Assembly (NCBI GenBank): GCA_026770705.1
Contig: JANJGN010000022.1
Span: 3,038,001-3,102,000, forward strand
DNA length: 64,000 bases
Source of the DNA: Isurus oxyrinchus
Taxonomy: Eukaryota
Direction of reading: 5' to 3'
Shown here piece after piece: positions 1-12,818 of the stretch (position 1 is the stretch's first letter; each line of letters opens with the position of its first letter). The notes under the pieces were generated by a model, which saw only the letters and a list, made by a program, of their open reading frames with translations, was not told the DNA's origin and did no database searches. The position numbers were made by a program, and so were the translations under genes.

Positions 1-1140
1 GAAATTTCTCCAATAGTTTCCCTATCACTAACGTGAGACTCAATGGTCTGTAGTTTCCTGACTTATCTCTACAACCCTTCTTAAATAGCGGAACCACATT
101 AGCTGTTCTCCAGTCCTCTGGCACCTCCCCTGTGGCCAGCGAGGAATTAAAAATTTGGGTCAGAGCCCCTGCGATCTCCTCCCTTGCCTCCCTCAGCAGT
201 CTGGGACACAAATCATCCAGACCTGGATATTTGTCCACTTTTAAGCCTGCCAACACCTCCAATACTTTGTCACTCCCTATATCAATTTGCTTATGAACCT
301 CGGTCTCTCTCCCTGAGTTTGATACCTTCATCCTCATTCTCTTGGGTGAAGATGGACATGAAGTATTCATTCAACACTCTAGCGATATCCTCTGGCTCCA
401 CCCATAGATTGTCCCCTTGGTCCCTTATGGGCCCTACTCTTTCCCTGGTTATCCTCTTCCCATTGATATACTTATAGAATATCTTGGGATTTTCCCCACT
501 TTTACCAGCCAGAGCTTTCTCATATCCCCTCTTTATACTTGCCTTTATTAGTCGAGGTATTGAATACAAGAGCAGGGTGGTTATGTTGGAGCTGTATAAA
601 ACGCTAATTAGGCTACAGCTGGATTACTTTGTGCAGTTCTGGTCGCCACACTATAGAAAGGAGGTGATTGCACTGGAGAGGGTGCAGAGGAGATTCACCT
701 GGGCTGGAGAGTTTCAGCTATGAAGAGAGACTGGATAGGCTGGGGTTGTTTTCCTTAGAGCAGGGAAGGCTGAGGGGGGACCTAATAGAGGGGTACAAAA
801 TTATGAGGGGCATAGATAGGAAGAAACTTTTCCCATTAGTGGAGGGGTCAATAACCAGGGGGCATAGATTTAAGGTAAGGGGCAGGAGATTGAGGCATTA
901 TGAGGAAATTTTTTTTTCACACAGCAAGTGTGGGGGGCATCTGGAACTCACTGCCTGAGAGGGTGGTAGAGGTGAGAACCCTCAACATTTAAGAAGTATT
1001 TAGATGAACATTTGAAACACTCCCATAGCATGCAAGGCTACGGGCCAAGTGCTGGAAAATGGGATTAGAGTAGTTAGGGACTTGGTAGCCAGGGCATACA
1101 CGATGGGTCGAAGGACCTCTTTCCATGCTATAAACTCTGA
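1..1140. mobile_element. CR1-type LINE remnant: minus-strand ORF2 piece (1-~535) joined to a plus-strand ORF2 3' end (~535-1140)
   Basis: Minus ORF NPKIFYKYINGKRITRERVGP; plus ORFs GIEYKSRVVMLELYKTLIR and [23 protein letters not shown], typical of CR1 ORF2. Confidence 0.85.
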
Positions 1141-1652
1141 CACTATATGTCACAAGCTCTTCGAGAGGTGAATAAGAGGGGGCTCCTCCCTCTTCAATCC
1201 TTCTCATCCTGTCCTGAAAGCACTGACCTCTGTGGTGTGTCAAATAACCTCTAGCATTGTGCCAAGTAGCAGTGTGTGAATGCTTTTCTGATTAGTGACT
1301 CCCTTGGTTGAGCATTTTTCTGGTCCTAGCTTGTGTTTCCTGGAATAAATAAATGTAATTTCCATCAGGAGCTGATTGAGCAATTGGAATAAGTTAGTCT
1401 GTGGGCACAGACCTTGATCACCCAGGACTACGGAGAGCTGGTTAGCTTGAAGACACTATTGGATTTTTAAAAAATTCTTGGAGACTTTAGCAACATTCAT
1501 GGACTGTTGTGTATTTTCTGAGCAGCTTTGACTGCTGGAGTGAAGAATAACCTGATGGGACTGATTTATTTGGAATGTATTTTGGGATGGGGAATAGTTT
1601 GTGAATGTTGTAAAAGAGAATATGTTAACTGAAATGTGTCTTGTATTTCCAG

Positions 1653-1719
1653 GTATGTAAATATTTCTTGTGTGGATTCTGTCCAGCCGAGTTATTCACT
1701 AATACACGCTCTGATCTGG
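1653..1719 (+). CDS. LUC7L3: LUC7-like 3 exon 2 (VCKYFLCGFCPAELFTNTRSDLG, first zinc finger)
   Basis: ttccag| acceptor, G|gtaaga donor, 67 nt; peptide matches LUC7L3 as I recall it. Confidence 0.95.
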
Positions 1720-4700
1720 GTAAGAATGCTTCATTTTTAGTGACTATTTCACAATCATCCTGTGGTTCAATGTCTTATAGTTACACTGGGGAAATAATCA
1801 TATGTGGCTTGTCTGTCGTTTAAAACTTGCCAGGAACCTGGTGAGGAGTTGGTGAAGGTGCTGCAGTGGGGACCTGTCCCTGTAGTTAAAGCAGGGGCAA
1901 CCCTTCCCATTGTCCTTGCTAACTATCCTGTGATTCCTGATTGGTGTGTGTGGTGTTCTCTGAAGATGCGGTAAGGCTTGGCAGTGATTTCCACCCCCAC
2001 ATGGGAATAGTCTGCTGTATACTGTGGTGGACCAGCATTTGGCGGGAGATGGTGAGGAGTTGCCAGAACCCCAGGAAAAGAGCGAGAAGGGAATCATTGA
2101 GTGAAGAGCTGATCCTAGTCAGAATCAGCACCTTCAGGAGAAAGTTTATAAAAATGATGCCATTGTTGTGTAAGATGTATTCACTGATTCAGCTGCTGTT
2201 GTGACTGGGCAGCAGTTAATGTATGAATGTGGTTGGTGCCGACGGCTAATGGATTGCTGATCTTAAATGTGGATATCATTGTGCAGTGAGTGTTCAAAAC
2301 CTGTGGCTTAATATTGTGACTTCTGTGAGAAAGATGAGGAGCTCCCTCTGGTTGTGTATGACATTGTGTCAATTCTGTCAGGATACACAAAAGGTTAAAA
2401 AGCAGCTTCACTTTCACAGGAAAGAAATGTTTGTAATTTGATCCAATAATTGTAATCAGGAGTTTGTGAGGGTTTAGAAAGAAGAGTCAAGCATGTGGGG
2501 AATTGAGACAGAGTGCAAATGTCAGGAGAAGCAGAGTTAGAGGCCAGGATATTTAGACCAGGAGCGGCAAACAATTCGGTCCCTGTTTATAGTCCCAGAT
2601 TCTGTCCTTATTTTAGTTTTCATTATCACTACTTATTCTTCACATTTATAATTGAAATTTCTAATGTCATGCTATAAGTACACCCTTTTAAGGGTGGAGT
2701 AACAAGTTACAGAGGCTGCTAACTTCAGAAATACAGATGTCAGGTGTCATGGTAGAAATGATTAGGATGTCTGTGCAAGCCTAAGACTTATGTGCTGTTG
2801 CAATATCGATAGATCCGTGCACCAGCCATTACCATTCTCTATTCACTCCAGCAGCTGAGATTAATTGTTAAAAGATTTATGTCACACCAAGTTCTGTTCA
2901 TCTATCACCCCGATGTTCATTGTCCTACATTGGCAACATCTTGATTTTAAAATTCTCATTCTTGTTTTCAGATCTCTCCATGGCCTACCCCTCACTATCC
3001 CTGTAATCTCCTCAAGCCTCACAACCCTCCAAGATATCTGCGGTCTACTTCTGGCCTGTTATGTGTCCCTGATGTTATTGCTCCACCATTGGCAGCCATG
3101 TTTGTTGCTTACACCCAAGTTCTAGAATTCCCTCCCTACACTTCTCCATCTATTTTGCACTTAAGACCTACCTCTTTGACCAAGCTATTGGCCATCTGAT
3201 CTGTTATCTCCCTATGTGGCTCAGTGTCATATTTAGTTTTATAATGCTTCTATGAAGCATCTTGTAATGTTTCATCATAGTAAAGGCGCTTTATATGTAT
3301 AAGTTGTATCATTCCTATCCATTTGTTTTACCATGTTCTGTACAGCCTCAAACTAATCATACCAATTGAAAATAGGTTAAGGCTCAACATCGAACCAGTC
3401 AGCCAGTGAAAATTGAAGAGAGTTTGCTGTTTCATCATTGGGCGCAAGAAATAAAGATTGATTTGTATTTATATAGCACCTTTCACAACCGGTGAAGTAC
3501 AATTAAAGTGCAGTCAGCTAATTTGTGTACAAGAAGACCTCACAGACAGCATTGTGATAAATGACCACAGTCTGCTTTAGTCTCAGTTTTAGAATAAATA
3601 TTTGTTCAGGACACCCTGGAGATTGCCCCTGTTTTCTTTGAATGGTGGCCGTGGGATCTTTGATGTCCACTGGAAAGGTTTAACATTTCTTCTGAAAGCA
3701 CTCCTTCGGTGCTGCGCTGGTTGTGCTGGCCTGTATAATAGGCTCAGGTATCAGGAGTGGGACTTGAACCCTCGACTGTCTGTCCCCGGAGTGACTGCTA
3801 CCCCCAAAGGCAGGGCTAATGACTCAAATTTATCTTTGTATCTGTGTGAGGCAGTCTCTCTCTCTGGGAGAATGAAGATTCACTTTAGAGCAAGCTGAAC
3901 TTCAAAAAGTGACCAGGAGATGTGCAAAACAAGCGCTGTCCTTGTAAGCCATGGCTGTTTCACTCTGCTTTGGGTTGGGGCAAGACGCTGATTTTATCTG
4001 TGACGATGAGGAGCTCTGATTCTCTGTCACTGTGATTTCATCTTTCCAACTGTCTTTTCAAATCGAACTCTGGTGGCAATCCTCTCTTATTCTGTGATTA
4101 GAGCAGTAGGAAGCATTATGTCTATGGACCTTTGCCTCCCTGGTTGAGTTAATGAGACTTCTGTTATTTCAGACTGTGGCTGTCTCTTAATTAAACCTGG
4201 TTATGAAACCGGCCAATTGAGGTCTAGCTAATAACCAAAGATAGTATTGGAAGTGTTTCTTGTTCAATCCAATTAATAAATAGCTGGACTGGAACAGAAA
4301 CAGGAACTTTCAGTAACTCCCAGAAATAATGTAACTGGTCCCATTTCTCAACTCATTCAGTTTAATGCTAGTATATCATCTTGGCTCATAATTTGCCTGT
4401 AATAGAAATAAACACTTGCATTAATATCACATTTTCCATGATCTCTGCGTTCCAAAGTGCTTTAGAGTTAATGAAGAATTTTTGAAGTGTAGTCACTGCT
4501 GTAATGTAGGAAATATGGCCATCAATTGCGCACAGCAAGCTCCCACAAGCAGTAATGTGGAAATAATCAGAGTCTCTTTCTAATGCTGGTTGAAGGATAA
4601 GGGTTGACCAAGTCACTGTCGAGAACTTCGCTGATTGTCTAATCTTTTCATCTGAGAGAACAAACGGCTTTATTTAGTTCTGGTATTTGTTGCACATGTG

Positions 4701-6020
4701 GGATTATTAATGACAACTGACAGACAATAACCAGAGTCTCAGATCTGACAGATCAGTGATGAAGATGTGCTTGGTGCACTCTCACATTGAGCTGTGTAAA
4801 GATTCGAGTTAAAAAGCTCCCTGCGTGTGGTGTGTGTGTCCCAGTGATCATGCACTGGTCTGCATTTAAATCTGTGGGGTTTGTGGAGTCATTAATCAAT
4901 TGCTCATTTAACTTAGCAGATTTGGTCTCAGCATTACAAGTCATAGGATACTGTGGGGAATAAAGATCAAGTGTGGTGGGAGCAGAGCTCCAGTAGCTTC
5001 ATTCTCTGCATCACTGAAATTGCTGTTTGTTATTATCTGTCTGGTCTGTAGGTAACTTATAGATGAAAATTTATTACAGGACTCTACTGCAGTAATGTGG
5101 CTTCTTGTTTCACTCAAAGATGTTGGGAACTAGCACCATGCATGTGTTATGAGGACAGAGGTTGGACTCCAATCACCTCAGGACTGTACAGCATTACAGT
5201 ACAGGAAGGGGCCATTGAGCCAGGCCTTTGCTAAATTAATTCAGAATAATCCCACTGCCCGATTTTCACTATCATCTTATAATTGCCCTGCTTCAATTGT
5301 CTATACACTACCGTTAAGAGGTCCAGTGGACTCTCCCTCACATATACCTAATGGCAAAGCATATAAACTGTGTAAAGAAATTGTTCTGTCTTTTCTCCTC
5401 ACTTGGGTTTTCATCACTGACTGTCCAACCAACCAGTCTTTTAAACATAACTTTTGTTTGTGTAGCATCTTTAGTAAAATATTGCAAGGCGTTTCACAGG
5501 AGCAAGTAAAATCTGACCTCACTACGTGGAGATAATAAGAATTTGGTCAGAGATAGGTTTGTGTTAAGCTTGATGATTAAATCTCCTCTTCATCACTGCC
5601 CCAGTAGGAACAGTCCCGGTCCCTTGGGTCGCCCCTTATAAATGTATTTTCCATCCATGCCATCTTTCTGGTGAATCTACACTTAACACTCTTCTTGACT
5701 GTGCACACAATCTTTAACTGACTGAGGCAAATGTTTTATATAAATTCATCATTGTTTCCTCACACTGAAACTCTTACTCATGAAACCAAATTGCTATTGA
5801 CCTTTTTTGGCTTCCTCTACCTCAACTTGTGCTTCTAAGGAATTACGGTTTTGAAACAATCTTTGTTTGGAAGTGTTGTTTGAGATAAAGTATGGAGCCA
5901 CAACCTGGACTTGATGGGTGTTGTGCTGAGTGACCTGTCATGGGACTTGGGGTGAAATGGGGGCTGCTTGGTCATGGCAGATACCATTTGAGATGCTGAT
6001 TTTTGTTTTTGCTCTTTTAG

Positions 6021-6060
6021 GTCCCTGTGAAAAGATTCACGATGACAACCTGCGGAAATA
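6021..6060 (+). CDS. LUC7L3: LUC7L3 exon 3 (GPCEKIHDDNLRK)
   Basis: ttttag| acceptor, |gtaagt donor, 40 nt, phase 1 to 2. Confidence 0.95.
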
Positions 6061-6141
6061 GTAAGTTTCTCGTTTTCTGGTTTCTGTGACCTCTTCCACT
6101 GTTTGGAGCTGCCAAGTGACCTTTTCCACTTCCTCCCACAG

Positions 6142-6289
6142 TTATGAGAAGAGCTCTCGTTTTATGAAAGTGGGCTACGAGAAAGATTTCCTGCGTTACC
6201 TGCAAAACCTGATGGCTGATGTGGAGCGGCGGATCCGTCGAGGTCACGCTCGGTTGGCACTGTCCCAGAACACGACAACAGGAACGGCG
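6142..6289 (+). CDS. LUC7L3: LUC7L3 exon 4 (YEKSSRFMKVGYEKDFLRYLQ...HARLALSQNTTTGTA)
   Basis: cccacag| acceptor, |gtaagt donor, 148 nt, frame continuous. Confidence 0.95.
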
Positions 6290-6464
6290 GTAAGTGCCAG
6301 GGGCTGGGCATTGATTCTCTGAGAACAACAGCTGAACCTTCCCAAATGCTAACCTTAAGCTCAGCTCGATTGTACAGGCCCACAGCTAAGCTTACTTGCT
6401 GGGTGTGTGCACTGTGGGTGATTTGTTGAAAGTGAATAATGTTGGGGGGGGATGTGTGTGTAAT

Positions 6465-6810
6465 GGGTGCAGGGAGAGGGGTGGGTGTGGTGATGGGCAC
6501 GGTGATGGGTGGCGGGGAGGGGGGTGGGTGCGATGATGGGTGGCGGGGAGGGGGTGGGTGCGGTGATGGATGACAGGGAGGGGGGTGGGTGTCGGGAGGG
6601 GGTGGGTGCGGTGATGGGTGACGGAGGGGGGTGGGTGTCGGGAGGGGGGTGGGTGCGGTGATGGGTGGCGGGGAGGGGGGTGGGTGCGGTGATGGGTGGC
6701 GGGGAGGTGGGGTGGGTGCGGTGATGGGTGGCGGGGAGGGGGGTGGGTGCGGTGATGGGTGACGGGGAGGGGGTGGGTGCGGTGATGGGTGGCGGGGAGG
6801 GGGTGGGTGT
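6465..6810 (+). repeat. G-rich minisatellite (~30 bp, GGTGGGTGCGGTGATGGGTGGCGGGGAGGG-like) in LUC7L3 intron 4
   Basis: Directly visible tandem units; explains the Pro-rich ORF 6162-7163. Confidence 0.9.
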
Positions 6811-6886
6811 AATGTGGAGTTTGTGCTGGCTAGCTGCTGGATTAACAACAGCTGTTTGAGTTGCGCATTTTGTTTCTCTTCTACAG

Positions 6887-6961
6887 ACTGGGGGGCCTGT
6901 GAGTAAGAACGAAGAGAAAGGTCAGGTTCTAACAGAGAAAATTGAAGAACTCCTGGAACAG
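6887..6961 (+). CDS. LUC7L3: LUC7L3 exon 5 (TGGPVSKNEEKGQVLTEKIEELLEQ)
   Basis: ctacag| acceptor, CAG|gtaagg donor, 75 nt. Confidence 0.93.
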
Positions 6962-7389
6962 GTAAGGGCTGAGGACATATCTGCTTGGAAAGAGGGTCAT
7001 TTTTAAGATTTCCAGAACTTTCTTCCTGATGTGTCAGTCCGGCTGTTTGCCAGGAAATTGAACCAGACTTCCTATTGTAATCATCCCTGTCTGGGCAGTC
7101 CCAGGTATACTGGCTCTGATATCTGCCAATCACCAGTACCATGCTGGCCCTGAAACTTGACACTGAATAAAGATAGGAAGCTTTGGGCTGATTTTCCCAT
7201 CAGACATTGGAAGGTGCCTTGCTGTGATGAAGCCATCGAGATCACAGAGGTTAAGAATAACTGGAAATTTAGCGTGGTCAATATGTGAGACTGTGCTGAG
7301 GAGGTTTTCCCAATAGGTTGGGTGTTTTATTGTCCACATGCACCCACGCGTCCGCCTGTTCTGTGTGCGCATGCGTGCATCCACAGTGA

Positions 7390-7795
7390 CTCTGGGTAAC
7401 AAATCCCATTCCAGAGACTTGAATACAAAAATTCCAGCTGATACTTCAGTGCAGTACTGAAGGAGTGCTGCACTATCAGAGGTGTTGGCTTTCAGATGAC
7501 GTATTAAAGCAAGGCTCTGCATGCCCCCTCAGGTGGATGTAAAAGATCCAATGGCCACTATTTTGAGAAAGAGCTGGGGATTTCTCCTCAGTCATTTGAC
7601 CAAAATTTAACCCTCAATCAACATCGCAAAAAAAGATGATTTGCTGATTATTGCATTGCTGTTTGTGGGATCTTGCTGTTTGCAAATTGGCTGCCACGTT
7701 TCCTACATTACAACAGTGACTATGCTTCAAAGCACTTCGTTGGCTGTAAAACACTTGAGGCATTCTGAGAAGATGAAAGGTGCTATAACAGTGCA
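7390..7795 (+). mobile_element. Deu-domain SINE (SacSINE1/AmnSINE1-like). Related copies near 3440-3780 (-), 4400-4640 (-), 19100-19490 (+), 31970-32100 (+), 35900-36060 (-)
   Basis: Core TTGCTGTTTGTGGGATCTTGCTG..CAAATTGGCTGCC..TTTCCTACATTACAACAGTGAC recurs across the window; family name from memory. Confidence 0.65.
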
Positions 7796-7814
7796 ATTTC
7801 TATTTTGTTTTCAG

Positions 7815-7919
7815 ATTGAGGAACTGGGTTCTGAGGGGAAGGTGGAAGAGGCCCAGGGAATGATGAAACTTGTTGAACAACTGAAAGATGAGCGAGAGCA
7901 GCTGCGATCTGCCAGCTCG
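7815..7919 (+). CDS. LUC7L3: LUC7L3 exon 6 (IEELGSEGKVEEAQGMMKLVEQLKDEREQLRSASS)
   Basis: tttcag| acceptor, |gtgagt donor, 105 nt. Confidence 0.95.
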
Positions 7920-8002
7920 GTGAGTCTTAATAGGCTTTGACTTTTCTTATTTCACGTGGTTAGAAGCGTCTATCTATATGTTTCTTTTAAATGATTCTGC
8001 AG

Positions 8003-8164
8003 ACCATTGAGAGCTTTGCGGCCCAGGAGAAGCAGATGGAGGTGTGTGAAGTATGCGGTGCCTTCCTCATTGTGGGAGATGCGCAGTCCAGGGTTGATGA
8101 CCACTTAATGGGGAAGCAGCACATGGGATACGCGAAGATCAAAGCAACAGTGGAGGAACTGAAG
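8003..8164 (+). CDS. LUC7L3: LUC7L3 exon 7 (second zinc finger, MEVCEVCGAFLIVGDAQSRVDDHLMGKQH)
   Basis: ctgcag| acceptor, AAG|gttagt donor, 162 nt. Confidence 0.96.
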
Positions 8165-8339
8165 GTTAGTGCAGAGCTTATATGTCCCAGTGGCACTGAG
8201 CTCAGGTTAGACCCCATCTGGAGTAACTACGTTCAGTTCTGGGCACTGCACCTCAGGAAGGATAAATTGGTCTTAGGGATGCTGATTCACCTGAATAATA
8301 ACAGGGCTAGAAGGATTTAACCATGAAGTTGTAGAGATT

Positions 8340-9055
8340 AGACTGCAAGGCCAGCATTTAATCCTCATCCTTGCTCTTGAGAAGGTTGTGGTGAACTGCC
8401 ACTTTAATGGAGATATGGTTCCAAGTCAGGATGTGTGGCTTGGAAGGGAACTTGCAGGTGGTGGTGTTCCCATGTATCTGCTGCTCTTGTTTTTCTCAGT
8501 GGTAGAGACCACGGGTTTAGAAGGTGCTGTTGAAGGAGGTTCGGTAGGTTGCTTAAGTGCATTGTGTAGATGGAACACACTGTTGCCACTGTGAAGGATT
8601 GAATGTCTAAGGTGGTGGATGCACTGCCAATCAAGCAGGGCTGATTTGTCCTGAATGATGTTGAGCTTCTTGAGTGTTGTGGGAGCTGCATTCATCCAGG
8701 CAAGTGGGGAGAATTCCATCACACTCCTGACTTGTTCCTTGCAGATGGTGGACAGGCTTTGGGGAGTCAGGAGGTGAGTTACTCACTGTACGATTCCTAG
8801 CCTCTGACCTGCAGTTCAGTTTCTGGTCAATGGTAACTCCCAGGATGTTGCTAATGGGGGATTCAGTGATGGTAATGCCATTGAATGTCATGGGGTGATG
8901 GTTAGATTCTCTCTTCTTAGAGATGGTCATTACCTGACATTTAAGTGGCAAATAACATTCACGCCGCACATCAGCCCAAACCTGAATGTTGTCTAGGTCT
9001 TGCTGCGTATGGACATGGACTGCTTCAGTATCTGAGGAGTTGTAAATGAAATGAA
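8340..9055 (-). mobile_element. CR1/L2-clade LINE 3' fragment
   Basis: [25 protein letters not shown] and QQDLDNIQVWAD; same family recurs at 21180-22400, 29500-30180 and 43900-46040. Confidence 0.8.
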
Positions 9056-9302
9056 GCATTGTGAGAGAGAAAAGCAGAGTTAACATTTTGTGTCCATATG
9101 ACTCTTCAGAGCTCTGAAGAAGAGTCATACGGATTCGACATGTTAATTCTGTTTTTCTCACCACAGATGCTATTAGACCTGAGTTTTTCCAGCATTTTCT
9201 GTTTTTGTTTCAGATTTCCAACAACTGCAGCATTTTGCTTTTATCTAAGCATTGAGACACAGGTCTGTGGCCCTGCGTATTTAGTGTTTTATTTCTGTCC
9301 AG

Positions 9303-9580
9303 GAGAAGGTTCGGAAGAAGACCGAAGAGCCAGAACGTGATGACAAATTAAAACGTGAGAGAGAAGAAAGGGAGCTGGAACGAGAGCGAGAGCGGGAGGA
9401 GCGAGAGAAGAAACGGCGGCGGGAAGAGGAAGAGAAGGAGCGGGAGCGAGAGGCGCGGCGGAGGAGGAGCCACTCGCGGAGCCGGCATTCCCATTCCAGT
9501 CGGACGTCCGACAGGAGGCGAAGCAGGTCGCGAGAGCGCAGGCGGTCACGCAGTAAGGAACGGGAAAAGAAACGGAGCAG
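9303..9580 (+). CDS. LUC7L3: LUC7L3 exon 8 (EKVRKKTEEPERDDKLKRE..., RE/RS-rich)
   Basis: gtccag| acceptor, AG|gtatgg donor, 278 nt, phase 0 to 2. Confidence 0.93.
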
Positions 9581-10375
9581 GTATGGAATTGTAGCCCTAG
9601 GGGACAGCTTAGAATTATAAAAAAATTACAGTGAACAGAAATTGGCCCTTCAGATCAATTGCTGCATGCCATTGTTAATGGCCCCACAAACCCCCTCTCT
9701 CAATTCATCTCCTTGTGTTTTTACATAGTCTCCCCACAAATGCATTTATGATATTTGCCCCAGCCACTCCTTGTGGTATTGCATTCTATTGTAGCACTAA
9801 CTGAAGTCCTCATAACTGAGTGATGGGAAGCTGTAGCCTGCGTTTCTCGCTCCCTGAAGGTGGTAGTTCACATGGTTGTGTGCCGCAGTTATTCTGCAGT
9901 GTCGTCTCCAAATGCCCTTGCTTGACATGTGAGCCTAAATAAGCAGCAAGTGCCTGTTGTTTAACCTTGGGTGCTATTGCATCCGTTCTTGCCTCTGCTT
10001 GGCATTGCACTCATAAGCAGGAGCTATTGACCAACCAGGATGTTTAGTGTTGTCTTTATGGAGCGTCTGTGTGCCATGTAACTCCAGTTTTCAGCAGCTT
10101 GTATCCAGTCATGCAGTTACTGGTGAACAGCGTTCCCTCTAAGGCCAGGCAAAGTCAATCAAGTACCACGCACATCCTGATGGTTAAATGCCCATGAGCA
10201 AGGGAAAGGTAGACTCCCCGTGACAGGAACGGAATGGATGAGAGTCATTCATTTGTGTCAGTTCATAGAGCCCAAAGCTATGTTAACACTTGTCTTTCCT
10301 GCCGCCTGCTCACTGCTTCCCTCCACAGCCCACCAAATCTAAGCTCTTCTCACTCTCCTGCATCCTTTCTCACAG

Positions 10376-10426
10376 CAGTGGTTCTGGAGAGGGAAGCAGT
10401 GAGCAGGAGGGCTGGGGAAAAGAACG
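10376..10426 (+). CDS. LUC7L3: Candidate LUC7L3 cassette exon (SGSGEGSSEQEGWGKER)
   Basis: Long pyrimidine tract, cacag|CAG acceptor, CG|gtgagc donor; 51 nt, phase 2-2, open in the frame of exons 8/9. Confidence 0.55.
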
Positions 10427-10987
10427 GTGAGCGGGAGGGAAGATGAAAGAGTTAAAGACTTATGGGCCAGTTAATATCACTAATGTAATCATTCTATTAC
10501 AGCTGGTTTTGTGGAATTCTAAAAGGAAGATTGATCCCAAAGACATTTGACACATTAAAAGCACATGGGCATTTCGAGGGAGTTTGTGAAAAGTTTTGGA
10601 TTCCTAACTCAGACCTTCAAATAATAATGCAGAGGTTCTTGAGGTTATGGGACATTTTAAACTGTGTATACTTCCAAATGCTATCTCTCTCCAATTCACT
10701 TTTGTACGCATTGAGAGAGAGTTTATTTAAAAATGATGAACTAGTATATTATTTCACAGTTGCAATTTGTAATTGGTCTTATCTCCTCCGTGTTAATTTT
10801 TATTTGATAATTGTTCCCTATGAAACAGCTTGGGACATTTTACTGGTGCTATATAAATACAAGTTGCTGTTTCATGTTGAGATTATTAGCTCTTGCTCCA
10901 TTCTTGGATCAGTTTTATTGGTTCTGTTAGATCTGTTAAGTGTTGTATCGTTTTTCAAGTGTGTACTGCAATTTTGATTTTTAAAAG

Positions 10988-11154
10988 GGGTGAGGATTGC
11001 CGAAGCAGAGACCGGTCTGAGAGGAGCAGGGACCGATTGGAAAGGAAACACAGGTCCCGGAGTCGAGATCAGCGCAGGTCACGAAGTCGGGATGTCAGGT
11101 CACACAAGCACAGAAGCAGGAGCAGGGAAAAAGAGAGGAGGTCAAAGGACAAAG
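10988..11154 (+). CDS. LUC7L3: LUC7L3 exon 9 (RS domain, GEDCRSRDRSERSRDRLERKHRSRSRD...SKDK)
   Basis: tttttaaaag| acceptor, AAG|gtacag donor, 167 nt, phase 2 to 1. Confidence 0.88.
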
Positions 11155-12551
11155 GTACAGAGATGTGGGATCTGCTTGGCTGTGGTTTTTTTCGGTGTTA
11201 TATATCCAACAGCTTCTTGGCTGCTTCAGTGATTTCTTACACTCGTATTGCCCGAGCCTTCTCTCTCTGCATGGAGCCTGTTATGTTGGGGTGTTTTGTG
11301 CTGCTACAGAGCTGGAGCTGTTGTTTACAAACTAAATCTGCAGCAGCAGTGTTTCCACACGCATTACTGAATAACCCAGGCTGTGTGAGAATGACCTGTG
11401 CATCTGGCAGACTCCTAGTCCCAACCGTGGTCTCTACTGGGACAGACAATCTTGGTGCCTCCTCCTTCCCACATTAAATATCAAAGCTGCTTAGTCCTGA
11501 TATGACAATAGTCCCCCTCTTACCAAAGATGAGCATACTCTGGCCAACTGGCCTATGAGCACGTTCTCGACTCCAAATACTTACCCCAATTCCCTAGTTA
11601 CACTGAAAGGCAATGATTGGCAAATGGGGAAACTCACCGTGAATCACTGCTGTGAATTGACCGTTTCTTTCACAATTAACATTGAATCCTGAAAGAGGCC
11701 TAGAGGAAGTCTGAATCATTCTGAAGCTGTTAACCTTCACTGCAGTACAGAACCTTTCCAGCAGCTGCTGCAGCTCTGTTGTTCTTTAATGACTGAGTTC
11801 AGTACTAAATTTGGGGCGCTGTCTGCCATTTGCTCTGCATCTCTCATTCATTCATCCTGGCACATTGGCAACTGAAAGTTGCCCAGTTAAGCTTTCTGGC
11901 AGAATGAGAGTATATCAGACAAAGACTTTGTTGGGCTGAGCTGAGCTGCGATGCTTCCCACGAGAGGACAGCCTGCATCCTCCAAGGTCACTGTTGATGA
12001 AGGAGAACTGATATCTGTGGAGCACACTCCTCAGCAGAACAAGAGGAAACTGAAGGAAAACTGCTAAAATACTCTCAAAGGAGAGTTATTCAAACAGGTG
12101 GCTGAAGCTGTAACTTTGTCAAGTCACAGCCTAGAGTAATTGTAGTTTAAAAGCTGAGTCATAAAATCATAGACTGATACAGCAAAAAATGATGCCAGTC
12201 TTTCCATTGTGCCTTTGTTGGCTCTGACAGATTTATCCCATCAGTCCCACTCCCCCTGCTCTTTCCCCACAGATCTGCAAACTACTTCCCTCCAAGTATT
12301 TACCAGTTCTCTATTGAAAGCTATGATTGAATTTGCTTCCACCGCCCTTTCAGGCACCGCATTCCAGATCACAACTCAGATGTGTTTAAAAATTCATTTT
12401 CCTCATCTCTCTGGTTCTTTTGCCCATTACCTTAAATCTGTGTCCGCTGGTTACTGAGCCTCCTGCCACCTCCACTTCAGCTTTATCTATTCGAAGGCGA
12501 GCAGTCCCACCCTCTCCAGTCAGTCTATGTTGACACTTGTCTGTCTTGCAG

Positions 12552-12718
12552 AAAGGAGAGACTCTGATGAAATGATGAAAAGCAGTCGGAAGCCCAGTCA
12601 GACAGACAGAGTGAGTGCAGAGGCTCGGGCAGATCCCATGGAGGTGGACACCACTAAAAGCGAGGTCAATGGGAGAGACGAAGACCTAAAATCTGAAGGT
12701 GACACTCAGTCCAATTAA
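12552..12718 (+). CDS. LUC7L3: LUC7L3 exon 10, C-terminus ...SEVNGRDEDLKSEGDTQSN-stop
   Basis: ttgcag| acceptor; ends in KSEGDTQSN, the LUC7L3 C-terminus; TAA at 12716-12718. Confidence 0.95.
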
Positions 12719-12818
12719 AACTGATCTGATTTGACCTCAGATCAGACCAAGGTAAGTGTGGCTTTTGCATTCCTCAGTTAGGGTTTGCCCTTTGTTTTTG
12801 TTTGGTTCGCTTTAGCAG

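Noticed and set aside
6162-7163. 333-aa Pro-rich minus-strand ORF
   Set aside because: Translation of a G-rich minisatellite, antisense to LUC7L3 exons.
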